A stretch of DNA of 64,000 nt from Escherichia coli. Its GTDB lineage: Bacteria > Pseudomonadota > Gammaproteobacteria > Enterobacterales > Enterobacteriaceae. How positions within the stretch are numbered: position 1 is the stretch's first letter; each line of letters begins with the position of its first letter. The position numbers and the translations under genes were made by a program. The stretch lies in NCBI RefSeq assembly GCF_016903815.1, contig NZ_CP069973.1; one strand, written 5' to 3'. A model generated the notes under the pieces. That model saw only the letters and a list, made by a program, of their open reading frames with translations. It ran no database searches and was not told the origin of the DNA. This document shows, piece after piece, positions 55,788-64,000 of this stretch.

Positions 55788-55806
55788 CCCGTTGTAAAGT
55801 GAGGAT

Positions 55807-57378
55807 ATGGACACCTCACTTGCTCATGAGAACGCCCGCCTGCGGGCACTGTTGCAGACGCAACAGGACACCATCCGCCAGATGGCTGAATACAACCGCC
55901 TGCTCTCACAGCGGGTGGCGGCTTATGCTTCCGAAATCAACCGGCTGAAGGCGCTGGTTGCGAAACTGCAACGTATGCAGTTCGGTAAAAGCTCAGAAAA
56001 ACTTCGTGCAAAAACCGAACGGCAGATACAGGAAGCACAGGAGCGAATCAGCGCACTTCAGGAAGAAATGGCGGAAACGCTGGGTGAGCAATATGACCCG
56101 GTACTGCCATCCGCCCTGCGCCAGTCTTCAGCCCGTAAACCGTTACCGGCCTCACTTCCCCGTGAAACCCGGGTTATCCGGCCGGAAGAGGAATGCTGTC
56201 CTGCCTGTGGTGGTGAACTCAGTTCTCTGGGATGTGATGTGTCAGAGCAACTGGAGCTTATCAGCAGCGCCTTTAAGGTTATCGAAACACAACGTCCGAA
56301 ACAGGCCTGTTGCCGGTGCGACCATATCGTGCAGGCACCAGTACCTTCAAAACCCATTGCACGCAGTTATGCCGGAGCGGGGCTTCTGGCCCATGTTGTC
56401 ACCGGGAAATATGCAGACCATCTGCCGTTATACCGCCAGTCAGAAATATACCGTCGTCAGGGAGTGGAGCTGAGCCGTGCCACACTGGGGCGCTGGACAG
56501 GTGCTGTTGCTGAACTGCTGGAGCCGCTGTATGACGTCCTGCGCCAGTATGTGCTGATGCCCGGTAAAGTCCATGCTGATGATATCCCCGTCCCGGTCCA
56601 GGAGCCGGGCAGCGGTAAAACCCGGACAGCCCGGCTGTGGGTCTACGTCCGTGATGACCGTAACGCCGGTTCACAGATGCCCCCGGCGGTCTGGTTCGCG
56701 TACAGTCCGGACCGGAAAGGTATCCATCCACAAAATCACCTGGCCGGTTACAGCGGTGTGCTTCAGGCCGATGCTTACGGTGGTTACCGGGCGTTATACG
56801 AATCCGGCAGAATAACGGAAGCCGCGTGTATGGCTCATGCCCGGAGAAAAATCCACGATGTGCATGCAAGAGCGCCCACCTACATCACCACGGAAGCCCT
56901 GCAGCGTATCGGTGAACTGTATGCCATCGAGGCAGAGGTCCGGGGCTGTTCAGCAGAACAGCGTCTGGCGGCAAGAAAAGCCAGAGCCGCGCCACTGATG
57001 CAGTCACTGTATGACTGGATACAGCAACAGATGAAAACACTGTCGCGTCACTCAGATACGGCAAAAGCGTTCGCATACCTGCTGAAACAGTGGGATGCAC
57101 TGAACGTGTACTGCAGTAATGGCTGGGTGGAAATCGACAACAACATCGCAGAGAACGCCTTACGGGGAGTGGCCGTAGGCCGGAAAAACTGGATGTTCGC
57201 GGGTTCCAACAGCGGTGGTGAACATGCGGCGGTGTTGTACTCGCTGATCGGCACATGCCGTCTGAACAATGTGGAGCCAGAAAAGTGGCTGCGTTACGTC
57301 ATTGAACATATCCAGGACTGGCCGGCAAACCGGGTACGCGATCTGTTGCCCTGGAAAGTTGATCTGAGCTCTCAGTAA
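55807..57378 (+). CDS. IS66-family transposase TnpC
   Basis: 523-aa ORF with N-terminal leucine zipper, CxxC zinc-finger region and DDE core. Confidence 0.85.
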   Translation: MDTSLAHENARLRALLQTQQDTIRQMAEYNRLLSQRVAAYASEINRLKALVAKLQRMQFGKSSEKLRAKTERQIQEAQERISALQEEMAETLGEQYDPVLPSALRQSSARKPLPASLPRETRVIRPEEECCPACGGELSSLGCDVSEQLELISSAFKVIETQRPKQACCRCDHIVQAPVPSKPIARSYAGAGLLAHVVTGKYADHLPLYRQSEIYRRQGVELSRATLGRWTGAVAELLEPLYDVLRQYVLMPGKVHADDIPVPVQEPGSGKTRTARLWVYVRDDRNAGSQMPPAVWFAYSPDRKGIHPQNHLAGYSGVLQADAYGGYRALYESGRITEAACMAHARRKIHDVHARAPTYITTEALQRIGELYAIEAEVRGCSAEQRLAARKARAAPLMQSLYDWIQQQMKTLSRHSDTAKAFAYLLKQWDALNVYCSNGWVEIDNNIAENALRGVAVGRKNWMFAGSNSGGEHAAVLYSLIGTCRLNNVEPEKWLRYVIEHIQDWPANRVRDLLPWKVDLSSQ

Positions 57379-57433
57379 ATATCAATACGGTTCTGACGAG
57401 TCGCTTACACACTAACTAATGAGAGAAGTTGAA

Positions 57434-58714
57434 ATGAAATATCCGACAGGCGTGGAAAACCATGGAGGGAAATTACGTATCTGGTTTGTTTATAAAGGCG
57501 TAAGAGTCAGGGAAAACCTGGGGGTTCCTGACACAGCAAAAAACAGGCGCGTTGCAGGTGAGCTACGCGCCTCTGTTTGTTACGCAATAAAAACTGGTGT
57601 TTTCGACTATGCAAAACAGTTTCCCTCCTCACGCAATCTGGAAAAATTTGGTGAGACCCGACAAGATTTAACCATAAAAGAACTGGCTGAAAAATTTCTG
57701 GCACTGAAAGAAACTGAAGTCGCAAAAACATCACTCAACACATACCGTGCCGTCATCAAAAATATCCTGAGCATAATCGGTGAAAAAAATCTTGCCTCAT
57801 CGATTAATAAAGAAAAATTACTGGAGGTTCGTAAAGAGCTACTGACTGGATACCAGATCCCCAAAAGTAACTATATTGTTACACAACCAGGGAGATCGGC
57901 TGTAACTGTAAATAATTACATGACAAATCTTAACGCCGTGTTCCAGTTTGGTGTTGATAACGGTTACCTGGTAGATAACCCGTTTAAGGGGATCTCGCCA
58001 TTAAAGGAATCAAGAACCATTCCGGATCCTCTTTCGCGGGAGGAATTCATCCGTCTTATCGATGCGTGCAGAAATCAGCAAGCCAAAAATTTATGGTGTG
58101 TTTCTGTTTATACTGGCGTTCGCCCTGGTGAGCTGTGTGCACTTGGATGGGAGGACATAGATCTGAAAAATGGAACAATGATGATCAGGAGAAATTTAGC
58201 AAAAGACCGTTTCACGGTACCAAAAACACAGGCGGGAACCAATCGGGTCATTCATCTTATTAAGCCAGCAATCGACGCTCTCCGGAGTCAGATGACATTA
58301 ACGAGACTGAGCAAAGAGCATATCATTGATGTTCACCTCAGAGAGTATGGCAGAACAGAAAAACATAAATGCACCTTTGTTTTTCAACCTGAAGTGTCAG
58401 CGAGAGTAAAAAATTATGGTGACCATTTTACCGTTGACTCAATAAGGCAGATGTGGGACGCAGCGATAAAACGTGCCGGACTCCGCCATCGAAAATCATA
58501 TCAGTCGAGACATACTTATGCCTGCTGGTCGCTGACAGCTGGTGCTAACCCGGCATTTATAGCAAACCAGATGGGCCATGCAGATGCGCAAATGGTATTT
58601 CAGGTATACGGAAAATGGATGTCTGAAAACAATAATGCACAGGTAGCTTTGTTAAATACACAGTTAAGCGAGTTTGCCCCAACCATGCCCCATAACGAAG
58701 CAATGAAAAATTAA
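57434..58714 (+). CDS. intQ: Prophage tyrosine integrase
   Basis: MKYPTGVENHGGKLRIWFVYKGVRVRENLG... arm-binding N-terminus and C-terminal catalytic region (...HTYACW...); the IS66 element ends 25 bp upstream of the start. Confidence 0.8.
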   Translation: MKYPTGVENHGGKLRIWFVYKGVRVRENLGVPDTAKNRRVAGELRASVCYAIKTGVFDYAKQFPSSRNLEKFGETRQDLTIKELAEKFLALKETEVAKTSLNTYRAVIKNILSIIGEKNLASSINKEKLLEVRKELLTGYQIPKSNYIVTQPGRSAVTVNNYMTNLNAVFQFGVDNGYLVDNPFKGISPLKESRTIPDPLSREEFIRLIDACRNQQAKNLWCVSVYTGVRPGELCALGWEDIDLKNGTMMIRRNLAKDRFTVPKTQAGTNRVIHLIKPAIDALRSQMTLTRLSKEHIIDVHLREYGRTEKHKCTFVFQPEVSARVKNYGDHFTVDSIRQMWDAAIKRAGLRHRKSYQSRHTYACWSLTAGANPAFIANQMGHADAQMVFQVYGKWMSENNNAQVALLNTQLSEFAPTMPHNEAMKN

Positions 58715-58901
58715 TTTAATATTTATCAAATAGTTGACACGTATGACTCTTGAAATCCATAAATTCAAGCGCAGTGCCCAGCCATCCCGATACTGCTGCT
58801 TTCACCAAATCCTTAGTGCTTCTTTCGTGTTTTTCTATTGTCATAATGGTTATCTCTAAAAAAGAGGTAAGATGCGTACTACTTACTCGCCGTTATTGGT
58901 A

Positions 58902-59921
58902 TTATTCAGAAAAAGTGAGTAAGACTTTGCAGCAATGTTTTTGATCCTGTTCAAATAAACTAATGGCATCAGCAACATGCTGGAAATCAAACGTATGGGT
59001 AATTAATTTTTCTGGTTTAATTAACCCTTTACTTAACCAGTCGATAACGACCGGGAATTTATTTGCATTTAAGCGTGAAGAGAAAATAGAGAGTTCTTTT
59101 CCGGTAATTCCTTGCTGAATCACTTCAGACGGTTCACTGGAGAAGCCCATCAATACAATACGTGCCGCTGGAGAAGCCAGAGTTACGGCCTCTTTCAGGA
59201 TAGAAGGATGACAAGCCGCATCGATAATTAATGTCGGCTTTATGCCTTTTTCAGCGAAAATCTCGCCAAGCGGTGTCTGGCTGTTATTAATCGCCCAGTC
59301 AGCCCCGCTCTCTTTCGCTTTTTCCAGTCGTTCATCAATGCGATCGGCAACAATCACATTTTTAACGTTATAGACGCCTTTTAATACCTGAACGATCGTC
59401 AGGCCGATTGGACCGGCACCGTAAACCAGAACGGTATCATTTTCAGTCGGTTGACCATGACCGGTTACGTTCGCCGCAATGGTAAAAGGTTCGATCATCA
59501 CCGCATATTGATCGGCCACTGCTTCAGGAATTTTCCACGCATTTTTTGCCGGAACCACGGCATATTCACTGAAACCACCGTCAGCGTGCACACCTAATAC
59601 AGCCAGTGTTGTACAAACGTTCGGCTTACCTATAGAGCACGGATAGCAATGCCCACAGCTGACCACCGGATCGACAGCAACGCGTTCACCGACTCTGGCG
59701 CTTTCCACGCCTTCACCCACTGCATCAATGACGCCAAAAAATTCATGTCCAATGACGCGCGGATATTTCGCAAAAGGATTATGCCCACGATAAATATGGC
59801 TATCTGAACCACAAATTCCGGCAAGTTTCACTTTTACTCGTACTTCACCCGCTGACGGGGTAGGTATTTCGCGTTCGATAATTGCCAGTTGATTCGGTTT
59901 TTCAATTAAAATGCTTTTCAT
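58902..59921 (-). CDS. rspB: Starvation-sensing protein RspB (Zn-dependent alcohol dehydrogenase family)
   Basis: MKSILIEKPNQLAIIEREIPTP...GHEFFG...; overlaps the rspA stop. Confidence 0.85.
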   Translation of the reverse strand: MKSILIEKPNQLAIIEREIPTPSAGEVRVKVKLAGICGSDSHIYRGHNPFAKYPRVIGHEFFGVIDAVGEGVESARVGERVAVDPVVSCGHCYPCSIGKPNVCTTLAVLGVHADGGFSEYAVVPAKNAWKIPEAVADQYAVMIEPFTIAANVTGHGQPTENDTVLVYGAGPIGLTIVQVLKGVYNVKNVIVADRIDERLEKAKESGADWAINNSQTPLGEIFAEKGIKPTLIIDAACHPSILKEAVTLASPAARIVLMGFSSEPSEVIQQGITGKELSIFSSRLNANKFPVVIDWLSKGLIKPEKLITHTFDFQHVADAISLFEQDQKHCCKVLLTFSE

Positions 59922-59932
59922 TATCTTACTCC

Positions 59933-61147
59933 TTACCAGTTCCACAGCGTGCCATCTTCCAGACGTGCGACTGGCAGATAAGCAGGTTCATAGGGATATT
60001 TCGCCGCCAGCTTTTCATCGAATTCGATGCCAAGACCCGGTTTGTCTCCCGGATGCATATAGCCGTTATCGAAAGTCCAGTTGTGCGGGAAGACTTCGAG
60101 CATTTGTTCGGAATAACCCATGTATTCCTGGACACCGAAATTGGGGACCCACAGATCAAAGTGCAGCGCCGCAGCCATGCAGACTGGTGACAAATCGGAA
60201 GGACCGTGTGAGCCAGTACGTACCTGATACAGCGAAGCAAAATCGGCAATCCGGCGCATACCGGTAATGCCACCCGCGTGGGTCAGCGTAGTGCGGATAT
60301 AATCGATAAGTTGCTCTTCAATCAGTTGCTTGCAGTCCCAGATGCTGTTGAAGACTTCACCCACCGCGATGGGTGTGACGGTATGTTGGCGAATGAGACG
60401 GAAGCATTCCTGGTTTTCCGCAGGCGTCGGGTCTTCCATCCAGAACATGCGATAATCTTCAATGCTTTTACCAAAGCGCGCCGCTTCAATAGGCGTTAAG
60501 CGATGGTGCATGTCATGCAGCAAATGTTCATTAAAACCAAACTTGTTACGTACCGCGTCAAACAATTTCGGCATGAAATCGAGGTATTTCTCCGTCGACC
60601 ACAGCTGCTCTTCCGGCCACTGTCCTTTGGTTGCGGGTTCATAAGCCAGACCTTTGCCTTTCGACATGCCGTAGGTGGTTTTCATACCAGGGATTCCGCA
60701 CTGCACGCGGATGGCTTTGAATCCCAGCTCCTGATGACGGGCATAATCATCCAGAGCTTCATCAATACTGTGACCGGTGGTATGGCAATAAACCATCACC
60801 CCTTCACGAGACGCGCCGCCGAGTAACTGGTAAAGCGGCATGTTGGCAGCTTTGGCTTTAATATCCCACAGCGCCATATCAACCGCTGAAATGGCCGACA
60901 TCGTAACCGGACCGCGACGCCAGTAAGCACCTTTATAGAAAAACTGCCAGATATCTTCGATACGGTGCGCATCGCGACCAATAAGCTGCGGACAAAGGTG
61001 ATCCTGCAAATAAGAGGCCACGGAAAGCTCACGTCCATTGAGGGTGGCATCCCCAAGGCCCGTAATACCGTCCTCAGTGGTGATTTTTAATGTGACGAAA
61101 TTACGCCCCGGACAGGTAACAAAAACTTCAGCCTTTACGATCTTCAT
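59933..61147 (-). CDS. rspA: Starvation-sensing protein RspA (enolase superfamily, mannonate dehydratase-like)
   Basis: [40 protein letters not shown]... Confidence 0.85.
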
Positions 61148-61352
61148 GTTCGATTCCTTGCATCGCTTGTCGTGATGCATGAAATCTACGCAACTGAGCT
61201 ACTACCATACAAGTATAAAGATCAAAAAAAGCCGGAGTGATCACAAAAAAAGGCGTATATTTGCGCCGTGAATGGTTGACAAAAGATGAAATAGAATATC
61301 TTTTGTCAGCTGACACTTACTTGTATCTTATTGATAAAATGGATTTATGTCC

Positions 61353-61679
61353 TTACGCGCGCCCCCAGCCCGCAACAATGATCAACATGCCGCAAAGCGC
61401 AATCAACGCCCCCGTCCAGTCATAAAGACTCAGTTTCACGCCATCCACAACACGCAGCCAAATCAACGCCGTGCAGACATAAACGCCACCATAAGCCGCG
61501 TAAACACGCCCACTCGCCGCAGGATGCAACGTTAACAACCAGACAAACAGTGCCAGAGAAATCCCCGCCGGAAGCAACAGCCAGATACTGGCGTTTCGTT
61601 TTAACCACAACCAGGGCAGAAAGCATCCAATAATTTCACACAGCGCAGTAGCAAAAAATAGTAACGTTGTTTTAATCAT
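61353..61679 (-). CDS. ynfA: UPF0060 membrane protein YnfA
   Basis: Four-TM small membrane protein [27 protein letters not shown]... Confidence 0.8.
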
Positions 61680-61813
61680 CTTTGTCACTTATTGACATCA
61701 TGTATAGTTATAGGACGACATAATATCATCAATATAAACATCCTCCTGGTACGTTTTGCGTTCGCAGTGGATGGTGTAGAATCACCTTTAATCATTCATA
61801 CAGGGAATGAGTT

Positions 61814-62155
61814 ATGAAAATTACTCTCAGCAAACGAATTGGCCTGCTCGCTTTTCTGCTGCCTTGCGCAATGGCATTGAGCACAACTGTTCATGCCGAA
61901 ACTAACAAACTGGTGATTGAGTCTGGCGACAGTGCACAAAGCCGCCAGCACGCCGCTATGGAAAAAGAGCAATGGAATGACACGCGCAATCTGCGTCAGA
62001 AAGTGAATAAACGCACTGAAAAAGAGTGGGATAAAGCCGACGCCGCTTTTGATAACCGCGATAAATGTGAGCAAAGCGCCAACATCAATGCCTACTGGGA
62101 GCCAAATACTTTGCGCTGCCTGGACCGTCGAACTGGCCGCGTTATTACCCCCTAA
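61814..62155 (+). CDS. ynfB: Secreted protein YnfB (UPF0482)
   Basis: 113-aa ORF with signal peptide. Confidence 0.8.
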   Translation: MKITLSKRIGLLAFLLPCAMALSTTVHAETNKLVIESGDSAQSRQHAAMEKEQWNDTRNLRQKVNKRTEKEWDKADAAFDNRDKCEQSANINAYWEPNTLRCLDRRTGRVITP

Positions 62156-62189
62156 CCTGTTATTGATTTAAGGAATGTAAGGACACGTT

Positions 62190-62750
62190 ATGCCAAGCGC
62201 CCACAGTGTTAAGCTACGCCCGCTGGAGCGTGAAGATTTACGCTATGTACATCAACTCGACAATAACGCCAGTGTGATGCGTTACTGGTTTGAGGAACCC
62301 TACGAAGCCTTTGTTGAACTCTCTGATCTGTACGATAAGCATATTCACGATCAGAGCGAACGGCGCTTTGTGGTGGAATGTGACGGCGAAAAAGCCGGTC
62401 TGGTGGAGCTGGTGGAAATTAACCATGTTCATCGCCGCGCAGAATTTCAGATAATTATCTCCCCGGAATATCAGGGGAAAGGTCTGGCAACGCGTGCCGC
62501 AAAATTAGCAATGGACTATGGCTTCACCGTTCTTAATCTCTATAAGCTGTATCTGATCGTCGATAAAGAGAATGAAAAAGCGATTCACATTTACCGCAAG
62601 CTTGGCTTTACGGTTGAAGGTGAATTGATGCATGAGTTCTTTATTAATGGTCAATATCGGAATGCCATTCGCATGTGCATATTCCAGCATCAGTATCTGG
62701 CAGAGCACAAAACACCGGGTCAGACTCTCCTGAAGCCGACCGCACAATAG
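62190..62750 (+). CDS. speG: Spermidine N1-acetyltransferase SpeG
   Basis: 186-aa GNAT-fold [42 protein letters not shown]... Confidence 0.9.
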   Translation: MPSAHSVKLRPLEREDLRYVHQLDNNASVMRYWFEEPYEAFVELSDLYDKHIHDQSERRFVVECDGEKAGLVELVEINHVHRRAEFQIIISPEYQGKGLATRAAKLAMDYGFTVLNLYKLYLIVDKENEKAIHIYRKLGFTVEGELMHEFFINGQYRNAIRMCIFQHQYLAEHKTPGQTLLKPTAQ

Positions 62751-62752
62751 CA

Positions 62753-63463
62753 TTAATAATAATCGATAGTATTTTTGATGGTGTAAACCCGTTCGACGGC
62801 GGGTTTTACTCCTTCATCAACAATGATTAGCTGACAGTCCACCGGATTGGCGTGACTGTCATATTCACAGCTCTGTTTTACATTACCAACTCGTTGATTA
62901 TTCAGTAAAGTAACCGCTGTGTAATCTAATTTTTTGATCGGATCCGTTGATGGCGTAGCGCTAACAGATAATGTTTTGTCGTTACTTTTCGTGGTTTTAC
63001 CCAGCGGATAACCCTGATCATCATAGCGATATTCCATCTGCATCTGTTTGCTGCTGGCTTTAATCACAAAGCCATTATCATCGGTTTCCCAACTCACCCC
63101 TGCAGAAGGTAATTCTGCTAGCTGGCATTTTCCCTGCAAACGAACTCTTTTCTCCAGTGTCTGGGCATCACGGTAATAATTGGCGTCCAGTACCAGGGCA
63201 ACCACGGTATTATTTTCCAGATCCAGTAATTCGAGTGAATCAAAACAGCCTTCTTCCGACAAAGTCCCCGAAACACGTTTCGTCACTTCACCTTGCTCAT
63301 CCATTAATGTCTGAGTGAAATCTTTTACCGGACCACGCAGCGGATCAAAATCGAATTCATTAGAGAAACTGGCCATCTCAGGGGTAAATGAAAGTGTTAC
63401 CTCTGTGCGGTCACATCCTGTGAGGAATATCGCGAGTAAGCATGGCAGTAATTTGTATTTCAC
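62753..63463 (-). CDS. ynfC: Lipoprotein YnfC (UPF0257)
   Basis: Probable GTG start giving MKYKLLPCLLAIFLTGC lipobox; ORF-track start at 63499 is probably too far upstream. Confidence 0.75.
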   Translation of the reverse strand: MKYKLLPCLLAIFLTGCDRTEVTLSFTPEMASFSNEFDFDPLRGPVKDFTQTLMDEQGEVTKRVSGTLSEEGCFDSLELLDLENNTVVALVLDANYYRDAQTLEKRVRLQGKCQLAELPSAGVSWETDDNGFVIKASSKQMQMEYRYDDQGYPLGKTTKSNDKTLSVSATPSTDPIKKLDYTAVTLLNNQRVGNVKQSCEYDSHANPVDCQLIIVDEGVKPAVERVYTIKNTIDYY

Positions 63464-63567
63464 AACAGTCACCAGAGAGTAGAGATGATTCTCAATCATA
63501 GTAGCAAATACAGTACTTTACACGTTAAATGCTATGCTTAAAGAAGTTATCTTCGCGTAAGGAGCTT

Positions 63568-63876
63568 ATGATGAAACTCTCAACCTGCTGTGCCGCGCTT
63601 CTGCTCGCCCTCGCCTCACCCGCGGTACTCGCCGCGCCGGGATCCTGTGAGCGCATACAGAGCGATATATCACAGCGCATTATCAATAATGGCGTACCCG
63701 AAAGCAGCTTCACGTTAAGTATTGTACCCAATGACCAGGTTGATCAGCCTGATTCCCAGGTCGTCGGGCATTGCGCTAATGATACGCATAAAATTCTCTA
63801 CACCCGCACCACCAGCGGTAACGTCTCTGCTCCCGCGCAGTCTACCCAGGATGGCGCGCCTGCCGAACCGCAGTAA
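63568..63876 (+). CDS. ynfD: Secreted DUF1161 protein YnfD
   Basis: MMKLSTCCAALLLALASPAVLAAPGSCE... signal peptide; start taken at the internal Met. Confidence 0.75.
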   Translation: MMKLSTCCAALLLALASPAVLAAPGSCERIQSDISQRIINNGVPESSFTLSIVPNDQVDQPDSQVVGHCANDTHKILYTRTTSGNVSAPAQSTQDGAPAEPQ

Positions 63877-64000
63877 TACATTATCGACTGCACGCCGGAT
63901 ACGACACATCCGGCGATTTGAACATACAACATAATCCCACCTTATTACTCATACCCTTCTATTGATATGGATTAATAATTCTTAACCCAAAATAGGTAGA

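Larger units (their letters stand above)
54710..57408 (+). mobile_element. IS66-family insertion sequence (2699 bp) with 8-bp target site duplication ACACTAAC
   Basis: Imperfect terminal inverted repeats gtaaccggctc... and ...gagtcgcttac; identical flanking 8-mers at 54702..54709 and 57409..57416; three ORFs in the IS66 arrangement. Confidence 0.8.

Noticed and set aside
55958-56869. ORFs overlapping IS66 tnpC on both strands
   Set aside because: Shadow frames inside the 523-aa transposase gene.

Overview
This window looks like an Escherichia coli chromosomal segment carrying an essentially complete lambdoid prophage in inverted orientation. From the left: porin ompN and uspF, then the sitABCD Mn/Fe ABC transporter operon preceded by Fur-like and MntR-like boxes, then AT-rich cargo ORFs. 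The prophage follows on the minus strand with a lambda-type morphogenetic module in lambda gene order (side tail fiber, lom, J, I, K, L, M, H, G/T with the GGGAAAG slippery site, V, U, Z, FII, FI, E, D, C, B, W, A, Nu1) ending at a lambda-identical cos site at about 31.58 kb. To the right is a Qin-type late/early region: ynfO, ydfO, gnsB, cspI, Rz/Rz1, SAR endolysin, pinholin, an IS200-like insertion, cspB, cspF, Q antiterminator, ydfU, rem, hokD, relBE, ydfV and flxA. An accessory slot then holds an rve-type IS transposase, a translationally coupled membrane-protein plus soluble-protein operon bracketed by 21-bp direct repeats (candidate anti-phage defense cassette, Kiwa-like in architecture) and a QueH-like DUF208 gene. 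Next come a replication module with ori iterons, the dicC-dicA immunity region with operators, the dicF sRNA and dicB, an 823-aa exonuclease, an IS66-family element with an 8-bp target duplication, and the integrase. The right flank is core chromosome: rspB, rspA, ynfA, ynfB, speG, ynfC, ynfD. All gene calls rest on reading the six-frame translations and recalled family signatures; no database search was run.
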